A stretch of DNA of 64,000 nucleotides. It comes from Eledone cirrhosa. Its lineage: Eukaryota. The notes below the pieces were generated by a model that worked only from the letters and a program-made list of their open reading frames with translations, did not search any database and was not told where the DNA came from. Below are positions 38,350 to 52,600 of this stretch, piece by piece; the first letter of the stretch is position 1; each line of letters starts with the position of its first letter. Made by a program: the position numbers and the translations under genes. The DNA is taken from assembly GCA_964016885.1 (NCBI GenBank), contig OZ024747.1, forward strand, positions 18,972,001 to 19,036,000, given 5' to 3'.

Positions 38350-39611
38350 GTATTTAAAAGAAATATGCACTTGTAATGTATATATATTATTCATATACAT
38401 TCTGAGGTTAATAAAGAAATATTATCACTGTTATTAAGACAAAGACATATATTATATCTCTGCACAAAATTGGTGCAAATGAAAATATATTTTAAAAAAT
38501 GATTTATTTAAAGAAAGACATGCCACAACTTATAATTCAAAGAACAGAAATAGTAATAGTCCAAAGTTTTTATACTTTTTTTTACTTTTAAGAAAAAATA
38601 AACTAAATCTAGAGATGGTTTGAAGAAGTAGCAAGGTTAAAATTTGTCATTTGATAACAAAAACAGAGTATTAACAAAATGTAGCAAAACGTTTTAAAGA
38701 AAAACATCTTTACTTTGTCAGTTAGTGTAATCTTGTAATAATGCTCCTCAGTAGGGAAAAATAAACTTCATAGAAATGATGGAACTAAATTCCTAACAAC
38801 TGATTCTAAAAAAAAAAAATTACAACGAAAACAGAAAATATAGAAAGGGGAGTTAATAAACGAGGAGTCGTTAAAAAATGGAATTGCTGTCTTCTAACAA
38901 GAGCTACCAATTATTTTAATGAGTTTGACAAAAATATTACTCTAAATCACATGGAAGTGGTCAAACCTCTTATAGCTAGCACTGTAAAATTAATAATACT
39001 AATAGTGATTTTATTTTTAATGATAATAGTAGTGTAAATAATGATTTCTAATGTAGGCACACAGCCTGTAATTTAGGGGAAGGGAAGTCAATTAAATCAA
39101 CACTAGTACTTAATAGCTACTTCATTTTATTGATTCCTGAAAGGACAAGAGGCAAAAATTGACCTTGGTGGGATTTGAACTCCGATTGTAAAGAGCCAGG
39201 ATAATTACCTCAAAGGATTTTTTCCCGTGTTCTAACGATTCAGTCAATCCACTGCCTTCTTTAAATTAATCAGAGATTTAAATCACTCCCTAAACGTTCT
39301 GCTTGTTTACCATTCTACATGACCACTGACATACTGATAGTAGTGGAAATAATAATTGTGATAAAAATATTCTGTTACAAAAATAATAACAGCTAAATAG
39401 GGTGGAGTTATAGTTTTTAAACTATTTTATAGTTCCGACAACTAAAACAGTTTGCTTTTCTTCTTTCCTATTTATTTTTACCAAATATGGACAAAAAGGT
39501 GGTGGGAAGGAGCAATGAAAACTATAAAAAAAAATGAGGTTTGCTGAGGTTTTTATTTTTTCAGTTTTTGAATTCAACTGAAAGACATTGATTGGCAGAG
39601 AGGTTCATATT

Positions 39612-39682
39612 TTATTCTTCACTCTCGCTATCACCAGTATCTCTCCGGGAAGAATTCTGATCTTCTCGTCCAGATGCTCGAC
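39612..39682 (-). CDS. DCAF6: DCAF6 terminal coding exon ([23 protein letters not shown])
   Basis: Pyrimidine tract, then ccaaag|GT...GAA TAA; phase matches; acidic C-terminal tail. Confidence 0.8.
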
Positions 39683-42600
39683 CTTTGGAACAAGAAAAGA
39701 AAAATATAGTAAAGTTACAATGTTATTATTATTACTCTTTGTTCATTCATGTTCCTAACACAAGCTTAATAATGAGAAAAATAGTTATATTCCTAAATCA
39801 TTAAAACCTATCAATTAACTACCCATGGAATTAAAGAAAAAAAATACTATTACAACAATTTGTGAATAGTCAAAATAAAGTGAGCAGAACTACAAGCTAG
39901 ATCTAGTCTTAGTCTTTAATAATTTCTCTTCTTTTTGTTGTTTAGTCTCCAGGTCAACAATGTTTCAGCAGATCAATGATTAATGACTTTCCAACTGTGA
40001 CCATCTCATTTCAAACAGTAAGACTGTATATCTAAGACTACATTCTCTAATATCTCATTCTCTGTTTTATGATATGATTGAATGTCATTTCCAATAGGTC
40101 TTACAAGTGCATAGGAGCTGCCTTCTTAGTCCAGCCTCCATTCCTTATCATTACCTTCCCAGTCTAGCGAAGGACACAAATGCCCTAATGTTGAAATGGG
40201 GTAGTGTTGGTGCCACAATAACATGTACTCAGCCCACACTGTGAAGTGATACTGCTTGTGTCACTATGCATCTAGCCTACACTGTAAATTGATACTGCTG
40301 GTGGCACAATAAAAAGCACCCAGTCTACCCCCTCTGGTGATATTAGTGGTACTACCATAAAAAGCACCCACTATATTCTGTGATGTGGTTGGTGTTAGGA
40401 AGGACATCTAGCTGTAGAAATCATACCAGAATGAAATGTATCAGTGAGGTACAGCCATTTGACCTGTCTAATGAAAGCAAGCATGGAAAATAGTCATAAA
40501 ACAGTGATTATGATGATGATGATGATGATGGTTTTTGTTGTTTATGGTGGGTATAGTTATTCAGTGTATTCTTTTAAAGACGACAATGAAAACAAAAGCT
40601 GTTCTACATTTCACTTTTGTGTGAACTTACCGGAACGAATTTGGTTGAGAGATGCCAAAACACGCAGCATAAATGCAGCTGGCACTGTAATTGTGTCTCG
40701 CGTTTCATCCAACATGATTTCATTCCGATGCATAATCTGAGAAAATGAAAGAATTTTGTAAACAAAACTTTGCTCAACATTAACAGGTGCACAAAAAAAC
40801 GCTCATTCTTCCCCCACCCCCACCTATCCATGATATCTCATTAATACATCATAAGCTCCCTCTTCTAATCCCCAAAAATTATTTCATATGCTGGTGGATA
40901 GTCAATTTTGGCTTTGTGTATATAAAACTTCCAAAAATTCTTTCATGTGTAACTGCTGTTAGCTAGTAAATTCTGGTTTTGTGAATATAAAACTTCTCCA
41001 AATTTTTTTATATGTAACTGCTGTTCACTAGTAAATTCTGGCTTTGTGTGCAGACAACATTTTACACCACACTTTAGGTTTCTTTTTCATTGGTCATACA
41101 TTAGCATCTTTACCTCATAATTCCCAGTAATCTTGGGCTAAAAAAAAAAAATGAAGAATTCTTACCTCTTCGGCTTTAACTTCATCAAAATTTGGATGTT
41201 CTTCCAAAGGCTGCCAGATCTTGATATCATAGTCTATGCCACTTGATGCTAAAACTAATGAAAGACACAACAACTTAGACAAGAGAAATGGTAGATACAA
41301 AACAAAATATCATTTAACACCCAAAGAAGGTGGTGGATTTACAGAGCATTGGACAAATGCTTGGCAGTATTTGTTTGGGCTCTTTATGTTCTGAGTTCAA
41401 ATTCCACCTTTCATCACTTTGTAAGTTGATAAAATAAAGAACCACTCAAGTACTGAGGTTGATTTAATTTATTTTAATTGCTGGTCTTGTATCCAAGTTA
41501 GTAACCAGTCTTTAACAGCTAAAAGAGGTTTATTAATATTTCATTCAGGTTCCTTGCAACATATTATGCTACACACCTACTTGGATGAAGTGATAGCTAT
41601 AGAAATCAGTTGTACCCCCCCCCACACACACACACACACACACAAAGAAAGAGGTTAAGAAAGAAGAATAGAGAGATAAAAATAAAAAACAGAAATATCT
41701 AGAAAGAGGGAGAGAAAGAAGGATAGAGAGGTAGAGAGAAAGAAGGGTAGAGAGAAAGAAGGATAGAGAGGTAGAGAGAAAGAGAAATAGAGAGGTAGAG
41801 AGAAAGAGGAATAGAGAGGTAAAGAGAAAGAAGAATAGAGAGGTAAAGAGAAAAAAGAATAGAGAGGTAGAGAGAAATCAGAATAGAGAGGTAGAGAGAA
41901 ATCAGAATAGAGAGGTAGAGAGAAAGAAGGATAGAGAGGTAGAGAAAAAAAGGATAGAGAGGTAGAGAAAAAGAAAGATAGAGAGGTAGAGAAAAAGAAG
42001 GATAGAGAGGTAGAGAGAAAGAAGGGTAGGGAGGCAGAGAGAAAGAAGGATAGAGAGGTTAAGAAAGAAGAATAGAGAGGTAAAAAGAAAAAACAGAAAT
42101 ATCTAGAAAGAGGGAGAGAAAGAAGGATAGAGAGGTAGAGAAAAAGAAGGATAGAGAGGTAGAGAGAAAGAAGGATAGAGAGCTAGAGAGAAAGAGCATC
42201 CAAAAGGATGAGCATATAACAATTAATTTGACTTACTTGGATAAAATGGATGGGGCTGCAGACAGTTGACCACATGACGGTCAGCCTCTAATAACATCGC
42301 CAGACGTCCTGTGTAACGATCCCAGAAGAAGATATGGCCACAATCTGAGCCACTCATTACAAACTGGTCACTCCAGAAATTGGCTTCTTTGATCTGACCA
42401 AATCAACAACAAATTATAAACAGTTTAGTCCCTCAGATTAGATTCAACAAACACATATAAAGCATTATTATTCCTTTAATTGTTTCCCAAAATACAATGA
42501 GCTATATAGTGTTTAACTTTGCTATAATATCTGTATGTGTAGCGAACTGCCAGAGTTGTTAGAACATCAGATAGAAGTCTTTGTGATATTCGTTCCAGTT

Positions 42601-43627
42601 CTCTGAACACTTAGTTAAATCCCACCATGGTTAAATTTGTCTTTCATCTTTTCAAGGTTGATAAAAAAAAGTAACAGTCAAGTACTAGGGGGTCGATTCT
42701 TCCTCTATATTACTTTCTCAGTTCCTCTCTCTCACTCTTTCTCTCCTTCTCTATGAGAAAAAAATGCTCCCAATACATGTTATAAAGGAGCTGATGTTAT
42801 GAAGGGCATCGAGTTGTAGAAATGAATCCAAAAATAGAATGTATTAGCAAGATGTAGTCACCTGACCAATCTAGCCTCAGTAGGTGACAGTCCATCTAAC
42901 CCATGCAACCATGGAAAATATTATGTTGAAATATACTGGATAAGAAAAACCTTACATCGTTTTGTTTTATTTGTCATCTTTTGCCCTTTATAGATTTCTA
43001 CTACACTGTACTGGCTTTCTGAAATACTTAACCATTTATTACACACTTGACAACTATTACAATATATATATTTATTATAAGAACAGATTAAACTTTAAGC
43101 AAAGAATCGCTGCTTTCACCCTTAACTTCTTCTGAAATATTTGCTCTACGTGTTTATATATATATATATATATCTAGGGCGGGTAAAATTCCTGAGATCC
43201 ATGGACGAGTTCTCTCCAGTGGTCTCTGTCCCTCATTATCGCTGCAATGTCCTGCGTCTCCAACAGACCAGTGTCTGACCTTAGGGCATCAACATGTTAA
43301 CCTCGGTCTTCCTCTTCCAGTGAGTCCATGCAGGGGCTCCCACAGGAGCACCGAGTGCAGTGTCAACTCTGGATGTTGGTGAGCATGTCCAGCTAACCTC
43401 AGTCTCCTCTCTGTCACTTTTGAGCTGACTTTTGGGAGGCTCCCGTACAGCTCTGAGTTCTTCATCCTCAGTGTGTACTGATTAATGTTCAGAGCCATCC
43501 TCAGCATTCTCGTGTAGCACCCATCCACCATCTGAGTGAGTTTCTTTGTCAGTGCCCAAGTCTCAGACCCGTACAGCAGCACAAACTCCACTACAGCAGA
43601 ATATTAAGATGCCAGAGAAGATTACTA

Positions 43628-43658
<31 letters not shown>

Positions 43659-46600
43659 ACCCTTATTGAGCCCTCTTCGGATTTTAGTCTTCACATTTAT
43701 TATTACTATATATATATAGGAACTTCACTTCCTGTACTCACCATAGTTCTTGCATTCCGATGTCCCTTGAATTTTGTTTTTATTGATGCTTGGAACACCC
43801 TGTTCATAGCCTCTTGTTCCTCTTTGAGCCGTTCCTCTTTCTTTCGGCGGTAATATTCCTGAAGTTTTGCTTTTGCAATATTCCGTTTTGTTTCACTGCT
43901 GCTGCTACTGCTGCTACTTCTGGTGCCACCATCACTGAAATGTTACAAAAAGAAATTTCCTGTCAAAAGTTACCAACGATATCATCATCATCGTTTTTAC
44001 ATCCAATTTTTCATGCTAGAATGTGTTGGATGGGATAGTTTGAGACAATGTTTTACAGCCAGAGCCCTTCTTGACATCAACCCTTTTAGTTACCTCTTAC
44101 TACATGCAGGGATACAGTGTACCTCTTCTTAAAACTGAGATACACACAACCATACCAATAATATAACCTATTACAAAATGTAAAGTTTTTAACCATATGA
44201 CTATATGCCCATAACAAATAATTATGATAGGAGCCCCTACACAGTTGCTCAATTTTATCTTTAAAAGGAAGAGATACTTTGGATAATGTAGTAATAGATA
44301 TCCAATGCTTCAGGACAGGACAAGATGGTCATGGATTGAATGTCTTTGATCAAAGGTTTACTCAGTTATGGCTGACCTGGAGTTAACAGCCAAATCTCTC
44401 ATTATAGATCCTACAAAGACCATATCATTCCATATAGAGTGTCAACATGAAAAAATCCAAACCTTCCAATTACTACAGCTTATCTACTGATTACACAGTT
44501 ATTCCTTCTTGGAACAACATAACTATTAACTGTTTTGGTACTAAACAGCCTGAAAACACACACGATTCAATGATAGAAAAACTCTGATTTATTTATTTTT
44601 ATCTAAAAACATTCCATCATAATTTTATGTCTTTGTTAAGTTATGTTCCAAACGCCAACTTAATAATGTCTAAGTAAATTATTTTACTTAATCCTTTTAA
44701 ATTCCTGATTACTTTGATAATTATTTAAAACACATAAGCAGTATATTTCATTAGAAATTTGGTAAAGAAAAGAGTTAAGCCACTTTCTATGAGAATACAC
44801 ATTAAACTACAAGAGATAATCCACACAGTAGCAAATTACTCAAGTACCCTGTTAATCAAGTACCTGGAGTATTCATATGCCCCCAGACCTGTAGAAAGCT
44901 GGTAATAGGTCTAGGCTAAATGTAAAATGTAAGCCCCATTTCAAACTGCTCATTAAGCATTTTAGTAATTAGTGCTAAATATATATGATTTGTATGTGGG
45001 ACAAATGTATATTATTAACAACAGAACTTGAGGCAAGTAGACCAACTGAAAATCCTAGGCCCTGACCAGCTGGTTCACCTACCTCTGCCCCATCTTATCT
45101 TCTTTGGTCTGGTCATCATTAATAAAACCTCTATTGACTGATCATGTATCAATCTACTCACCATCGACTGCTACTCCCACTTTGATTTGGCCTAAGACTG
45201 ACCATGTATCAATCTACTCACCATCGACTGCTACTCCCACTTTGACTTGGCCTAAGACTGACCATGTATCAATCTACTCACCATCGACTGCTACTCCCAC
45301 TTTGATTTGGCCTAAGACTGACCATGTATCAATCTACTCACCATCGACTGCTACTCCCACTTTGACTTGGCCTAAGACTGACCATGTATCAATCTACTCA
45401 CCATCGACTGCTACTCCCACTTTGACTAAGACCGACCATGTATCAATCTACTCACCATCGACTGCTACTCCCACTTTGACTTGGCCTAAGACTGACCATG
45501 TATCAATTTACTCACCATCGACTGCTACTCCCACTTTGACTTGGCCTAAGACCGACCATGTATCAATCTACTCACCATCGACTGCTACTCCCACTTTGAC
45601 TAAGACTGACCATGTATCAATCTACTCACCATCGACTGCTACTCCCACTTTGACTTGGCCTAAGACTGACCATGTATCAATCTACTCACCATCGACTGCT
45701 ACTCCCACTTTGACTTGGCCTAAGACCGACCATGTATCAATCTACTCACCATCGACTGCTACTCCCACTTTGACTAAGACTGACCACGTATCAATCTACT
45801 CACCATCGACTGCTACTCCCACTTTGACTAAGACTGACCATGTATCAATCTACTCACCATCGACTGCTACTCCCACTTTGACTAAGACTGACCATGTATC
45901 AATCTACTCACCATCGACTGCTACTCCCACTTTGACTTGGCCTAAGACCGACCATGTATCAATCTACTCACCATCGACTGCTACTCCCACTTTGACTAAG
46001 ACTGATCATGTATCAATCTACTCACCATCGACTGCTACTCCCACTTTGACTTGGCCTAAGACTGACCATGTATCAATCTACTCACCATCGACTGCTACTC
46101 CCACTTTGACTTGGCCTAAGACTGACCATGTATCAATCTACTCACCATCGACTGCTACTCCCACTTTGACTAAGACTGACCATGTATCAATCTACTCACC
46201 ATCGACTGCTACTCCCACTTTGACTTGGCCTAAGACTGACCATGTATCAATCTACTCACCATCGACTGCTACTCCCACTTTGACTAAGACTGATCATGTA
46301 TCAATCTACTCACCATCGACTGCTACTCCCACTTTGACTTGGCCTAAGACTGACCATGTATCAATCTACTCACCATCGACTGCTACTCCCACTTTGACTT
46401 GGCCTAAGACTGACCATGTATCAATCTACTCACCATCGACTGCTACTCCCACTTTGACTTGGCCTAAGACTGACCATGTATCAATCTACTCACCATTGAC
46501 TGCTACTCCCACTTTGACTTGGCCTAAGACTGACCATGTATCAATCTACTCACCATCGACTGCTACTCCCACTTTGACTAAGACTGACCATGTATCAATC

Positions 46601-49600
46601 TACTCACCTTCGACTGCTACTCCCACTTTGACTAAAACTGACCATGTATCAATCTACTCACCATCGACTGCTACTCCCACTTTGACTAAGACTGACCATG
46701 TATCAATCTACTCACCATCGACTGCTACTCCCACTTTGACTAAGACTGACCATGTATCAATCTACTCACCATCGACTGCTACTCCCACTTTGACTAAGAC
46801 TGACCATGTATCAATCTACTCACCATCGACTGCTACTCCCACTTTGACTAAGACTGACCATGTATCAATCTACTCACCATCGACTGCTACTCCCACTTTG
46901 ACTAAAACTGACCATGTATCAATCTACTCACCATCGACTGCTACTCCCACTTTGACTAAGACTGACCATGTATCAATCTACTCACCATCGACTGCTACTC
47001 CCACTTTGACTAAGACTGACCATGTATCAATCTACTCACCATCGACTGCTACTCCCACTTTGACTAAGACTGACCATGTATCAATCTACTCACCATCGAC
47101 TGCTACTCCCACTTTGACTAAGACTGACCATGTATCAATCTACTCACCATCGACTGCTACTCCCACTTTGACTAAGACTGACCATGTATCAATCTACTCA
47201 CCATCGACTGCTACTCCCACTTTGACTAAGACTGACCATGTATCAATCTACTCACCATCGACTGCTACTCCCACTTTGACTAAGACTGACCATGTATCAA
47301 TCTACTCACCATCGACTGCTACTCCCACTTTGACTAAGACTGACCATGTATCAATCTACTCACCATCGACTGCTACTCCCACTTTGACTAAGACTGACCA
47401 TGTATCAATCTACTCACCATCGACTGCTACTCCCACTTTGACTAAGACTGACCATGTATCAATCTACTCACCATCGACTGCTACTCCCACTTTGACTAAG
47501 ACTGACCATGTATCAATCTACTCACCATCGACTGCTACTCCCACTTTGACTAAGACTGACCATGTATCAATCTACTCACCATCGACTGCTACTCCCACTT
47601 TGACTAAGACTGACCATGTATCAATCTACTCACCATCGACTGCTACTCCCACTTTGACTAAGACTGACCATGTATCAATCTACTCACCATCGACTGCTAC
47701 TCCCACTTTGACTAAGACTGACCATGTATCAATCTACTCACCATCGACTGCTACTCCCACTTTGACTAAGACTGACCATGTATCAATCTACTCACCATTG
47801 ACTGCTACTCCCACTTTGACTTGGCCTAAGACTGACCATGTATCAATCTACTCACCATCGACTGCTACTCCCACTTTGACTTGGCCTAAGACTGACCATG
47901 TATCAATCTACTCACCATCGACTGCTACTCCCACTTTGACTTGGCCTAAGACTGACCATGTATCAATCTACTCACCATTGACTGCTACTCCCACTTTGAC
48001 TTGGCCTAAGACTGACCATGTATCAATCTACTCACCATTGACTGCTACTCCCACTTTGACTAAGACTGACCATGTATCAATCTACTCACCATCGACTGCT
48101 ACTCCCACTTTGACTAAGACTGACCATGTATCAATCTACTCACCATTGACTGCTACTCCCACTTTGACTAAGACTGACCATGTATCAATCTACTCACCAT
48201 TGACTGCTACTCCCACTTTGACTTGGCCTAAGACTGACCATGTATCAATCTACTCACCATCGACTGCTACTCCCACTTTGACTAAGACTGACCATGTATC
48301 AATCTACTCACCATCGACTGCTACTCCCACTTTGACTAAGACTGACCATGTATCAATCTACTCACCATTGACTGCTACTCCCACTTTGACTTGGCCTAAG
48401 ACTGACCATGTATCAATCTACTCACCATCGACTGCTACTCCCACTTTGACTTGGCCTAAGACTGACCATGTATCAATCTACTCACCATTGACTGCTACTC
48501 CCACTTTGACTTGGCCTAAGACTGACCATGTATCAATCTACTCACCATCGACTGCTACTCCCACTTTGACTTGGCCTAAGACTGACCATGTATCAATCTA
48601 CTCACCATCGACTGCTACTCCCACTTTGACTTGGCCTAAGACTGACCATGTATCAATCTACTCACCATCGACTGCTACTCCCACTTTGACTTGGCCTAAG
48701 ACTGACCATGTATCAATCTACTCACCATCGACTGCTACTCCCACTTTGACTTGGCCTAAGACTGACCATGTATCAATCTACTCACCATCGACTGCTACTC
48801 CCACTTTGACTTGGCCTAAGACTGACCATGTATCAATCTACTCACCATCGACTGCTACTCCCACTTTGACTTGGCCTAAGACTGACCATGTATCAATCTA
48901 CTCACCATCGACTGCTACTCCCACTTTGACTAAGACTGACCATGTATCAATCTACTCACCATCGACTGCTACTCCCACTTTGACTAAGACTGACCATGTA
49001 TCAATCTACTCACCATTGACTGCTACTCCCACTTTGACTTGGCCTAAGACTGACCATGTATCAATCTACTCACCATTGACTGCTACTCCCACTTTGACTT
49101 GGCCTAAGACTGACCATGTATCAATCTACTCACCATTGACTGCTACTCCCACTTTGACTAAGACTGACCATGTATCAATCTACTCACCATCGACTGCTAC
49201 TCCCACTTTGACTAAGACTGACCATGTATCAATCTACTCACCATTGACTGCTACTCCCACTTTGACTTGGCCTAAGACTGACCATGTATCAATCTACTCA
49301 CCATCGACTGCTACTCCCACTTTGACTAAGACTGACCATGTATCAATCTACTCACCATCGACTGCTACTCCCACTTTGACTAAGACTGACCATGTATCAA
49401 TCTACTCACCATTGACTGCTACTCCCACTTTGACTTGGCCTAAGACTGACCATGTATCAATCTACTCACCATCGACTGCTACTCCCACTTTGACTTGGCC
49501 TAAGACTGACCATGTATCAATCTACTCACCATTGACTGCTACTCCCACTTTGACTTGGCCTAAGACTGACCATGTATCAATCTACTCACCATCGACTGCT

Positions 49601-52600
49601 ACTCCCACTTTGACTAAGACTGACCATGTATCAATCTACTCACCATCGACTGCTACTCCCACTTTGACTAAGACTGACCATGTATCAATCTACTCACCAT
49701 CGACTGCTACTCCCACTTTGACTAAGACTGACCATGTATCAATCTACTCACCATCGACTGCTACTCCCACTTTGACTAAGACTGACCATGTATCAATCTA
49801 CTCACCATCGACTGCTACTCCCACTTTGACTAAGACTGACCATGTATCAATCTACTCACCATCGACTGCTACTCCCACTTTGACTAAGACTGACCATGTA
49901 TCAATCTACTCACCATCGACTGCTACTCCCACTTTGACTAAGACTGACCATGTATCAATCTACTCACCATCGACTGCTACTCCCACTTTGACTAAGACTG
50001 ACCATGTATCAATCTACTCACCATCGACTGCTACTCCCACTTTGACTAAGACTGACCATGTATCAATCTACTCACCATCGACTGCTACTCCCACTTTGAC
50101 TAAGACTGACCATGTATCAATCTACTCACCATTGACTGCTACTCCCACTTTGACTTGGCCTAAGACTGACCATGTATCAATCTACTCACCATCGACTGCT
50201 ACTCCCACTTTGACTTGGCCTAAGACTGACCATGTATCAATCTACTCACCATCGACTGCTACTCCCACTTTGACTTGGCCTAAGACTGACCATGTATCAA
50301 TCTACTCACCATTGACTGCTACTCCCACTTTGACTTGGCCTAAGACTGACCATGTATCAATCTACTCACCATTGACTGCTACTCCCACTTTGACTAAGAC
50401 TGACCATGTATCAATCTACTCACCATCGACTGCTACTCCCACTTTGACTAAGACTGACCATGTATCAATCTACTCACCATTGACTGCTACTCCCACTTTG
50501 ACTAAGACTGACCATGTATCAATCTACTCACCATTGACTGCTACTCCCACTTTGACTTGGCCTAAGACTGACCATGTATCAATCTACTCACCATCGACTG
50601 CTACTCCCACTTTGACTAAGACTGACCATGTATCAATCTACTCACCATCGACTGCTACTCCCACTTTGACTAAGACTGACCATGTATCAATCTACTCACC
50701 ATTGACTGCTACTCCCACTTTGACTTGGCCTAAGACTGACCATGTATCAATCTACTCACCATCGACTGCTACTCCCACTTTGACTTGGCCTAAGACTGAC
50801 CATGTATCAATCTACTCACCATTGACTGCTACTCCCACTTTGACTTGGCCTAAGACTGACCATGTATCAATCTACTCACCATCGACTGCTACTCCCACTT
50901 TGACTTGGCCTAAGACTGACCATGTATCAATCTACTCACCATTGACTGGTACTCCCACTTTGACTTGGCCTAAGACTGACCATGTATCAATCTACTCACC
51001 ATCGACTGCTACTCCCACTTTGACTTGGCCTAAGACTGACCATGTATCAATCTACTCACCATCGACTGCTACTCCCACTTTGACTTGGCCTAAGACTGAC
51101 CATGTATCAATCTACTCACCATCGACTGCTACTCCCACTTTGACTTGGCCTAAGACTGACCATGTATCAATCTACTCACCATCGACTGCTACTCCCACTT
51201 TGACTTGGCCTAAGACTGACCATGTATCAATCTACTCACCATCGACTGCTACTCCCACTTTGACTTGGCCTAAGACTGACCATGTATCAATCTACTCACC
51301 ATCGACTGCTACTCCCACTTTGACTAAGACTGACCATGTATCAATCTACTCACCATCGACTGCTACTCCCACTTTGACTAAGACTGACCATGTATCAATC
51401 TACTCACCATTGACTGCTACTCCCACTTTGACTTGGCCTAAGACTGACCATGTATCAATCTACTCACCATTGACTGCTACTCCCACTTTGACTTGGCCTA
51501 AGACTGACCATGTATCAATCTACTCACCATTGACTGCTACTCCCACTTTGACTAAGACTGACCATGTATCAATCTACTCACCATCGACTGCTACTCCCAC
51601 TTTGACTAAGACTGACCATGTATCAATCTACTCACCATTGACTGCTACTCCCACTTTGACTTGGCCTAAGACTGACCATGTATCAATCTACTCACCATCG
51701 ACTGCTACTCCCACTTTGACTAAGACTGACCATGTATCAATCTACTCACCATCGACTGCTACTCCCACTTTGACTAAGACTGACCATGTATCAATCTACT
51801 CACCATTGACTGCTACTCCCACTTTGACTTGGCCTAAGACTGACCATGTATCAATCTACTCACCATCGACTGCTACTCCCACTTTGACTTGGCCTAAGAC
51901 TGACCATGTATCAATCTACTCACCATTGACTGCTACTCCCACTTTGACTTGGCCTAAGACTGACCATGTATCAATCTACTCACCATCGACTGCTACTCCC
52001 ACTTTGACTTGGCCTAAGACTGACCATGTATCAATCTACTCACCATTGACTGGTACTCCCACTTTGACTTGGCCTAAGACTGACCATGTATCAATCTACT
52101 CACCATCGACTGCTACTCCCACTTTGACTTGGCCTAAGACTGACCATGTATCAATCTACTCACCATCGACTGCTACTCCCACTTTGACTTGGCCTAAGAC
52201 TGACCATGTATCAATCTACTCACCATCGACTGCTACTCCCACTTTGACTTGGCCTAAGACTGACCATGTATCAATCTACTCACCATCGACTGCTACTCCC
52301 ACTTTGACTAAGACTGACCATGTATCAATCTACTCACCATCGACTGCTACTCCCACTTTGACTTGGCCTAAGACTGACCATGTATCAATCTACTCACCAT
52401 CGACTGCTACTCCCACTTTGACTAAGACTGACCATGTATCAATCTACTCACCATCGACTGCTACTCCCACTTTGACTAAGACTGACCATGTATCAATCTA
52501 CTCACCATCGACTGCTACTCCCACTTTGACTAAGACTGACCATGTATCAATCTACTCACCATCGACTGCTACTCCCACTTTGACTAAGACTGACCATGTA

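Noticed and set aside
45083-45130. Possible 48-nt extra DCAF6 exon (ag|AGG...GAG|gtaggt) at the array end
   Set aside because: Joining to the phase-2 donor creates TGA, and the acceptor lacks a pyrimidine tract.
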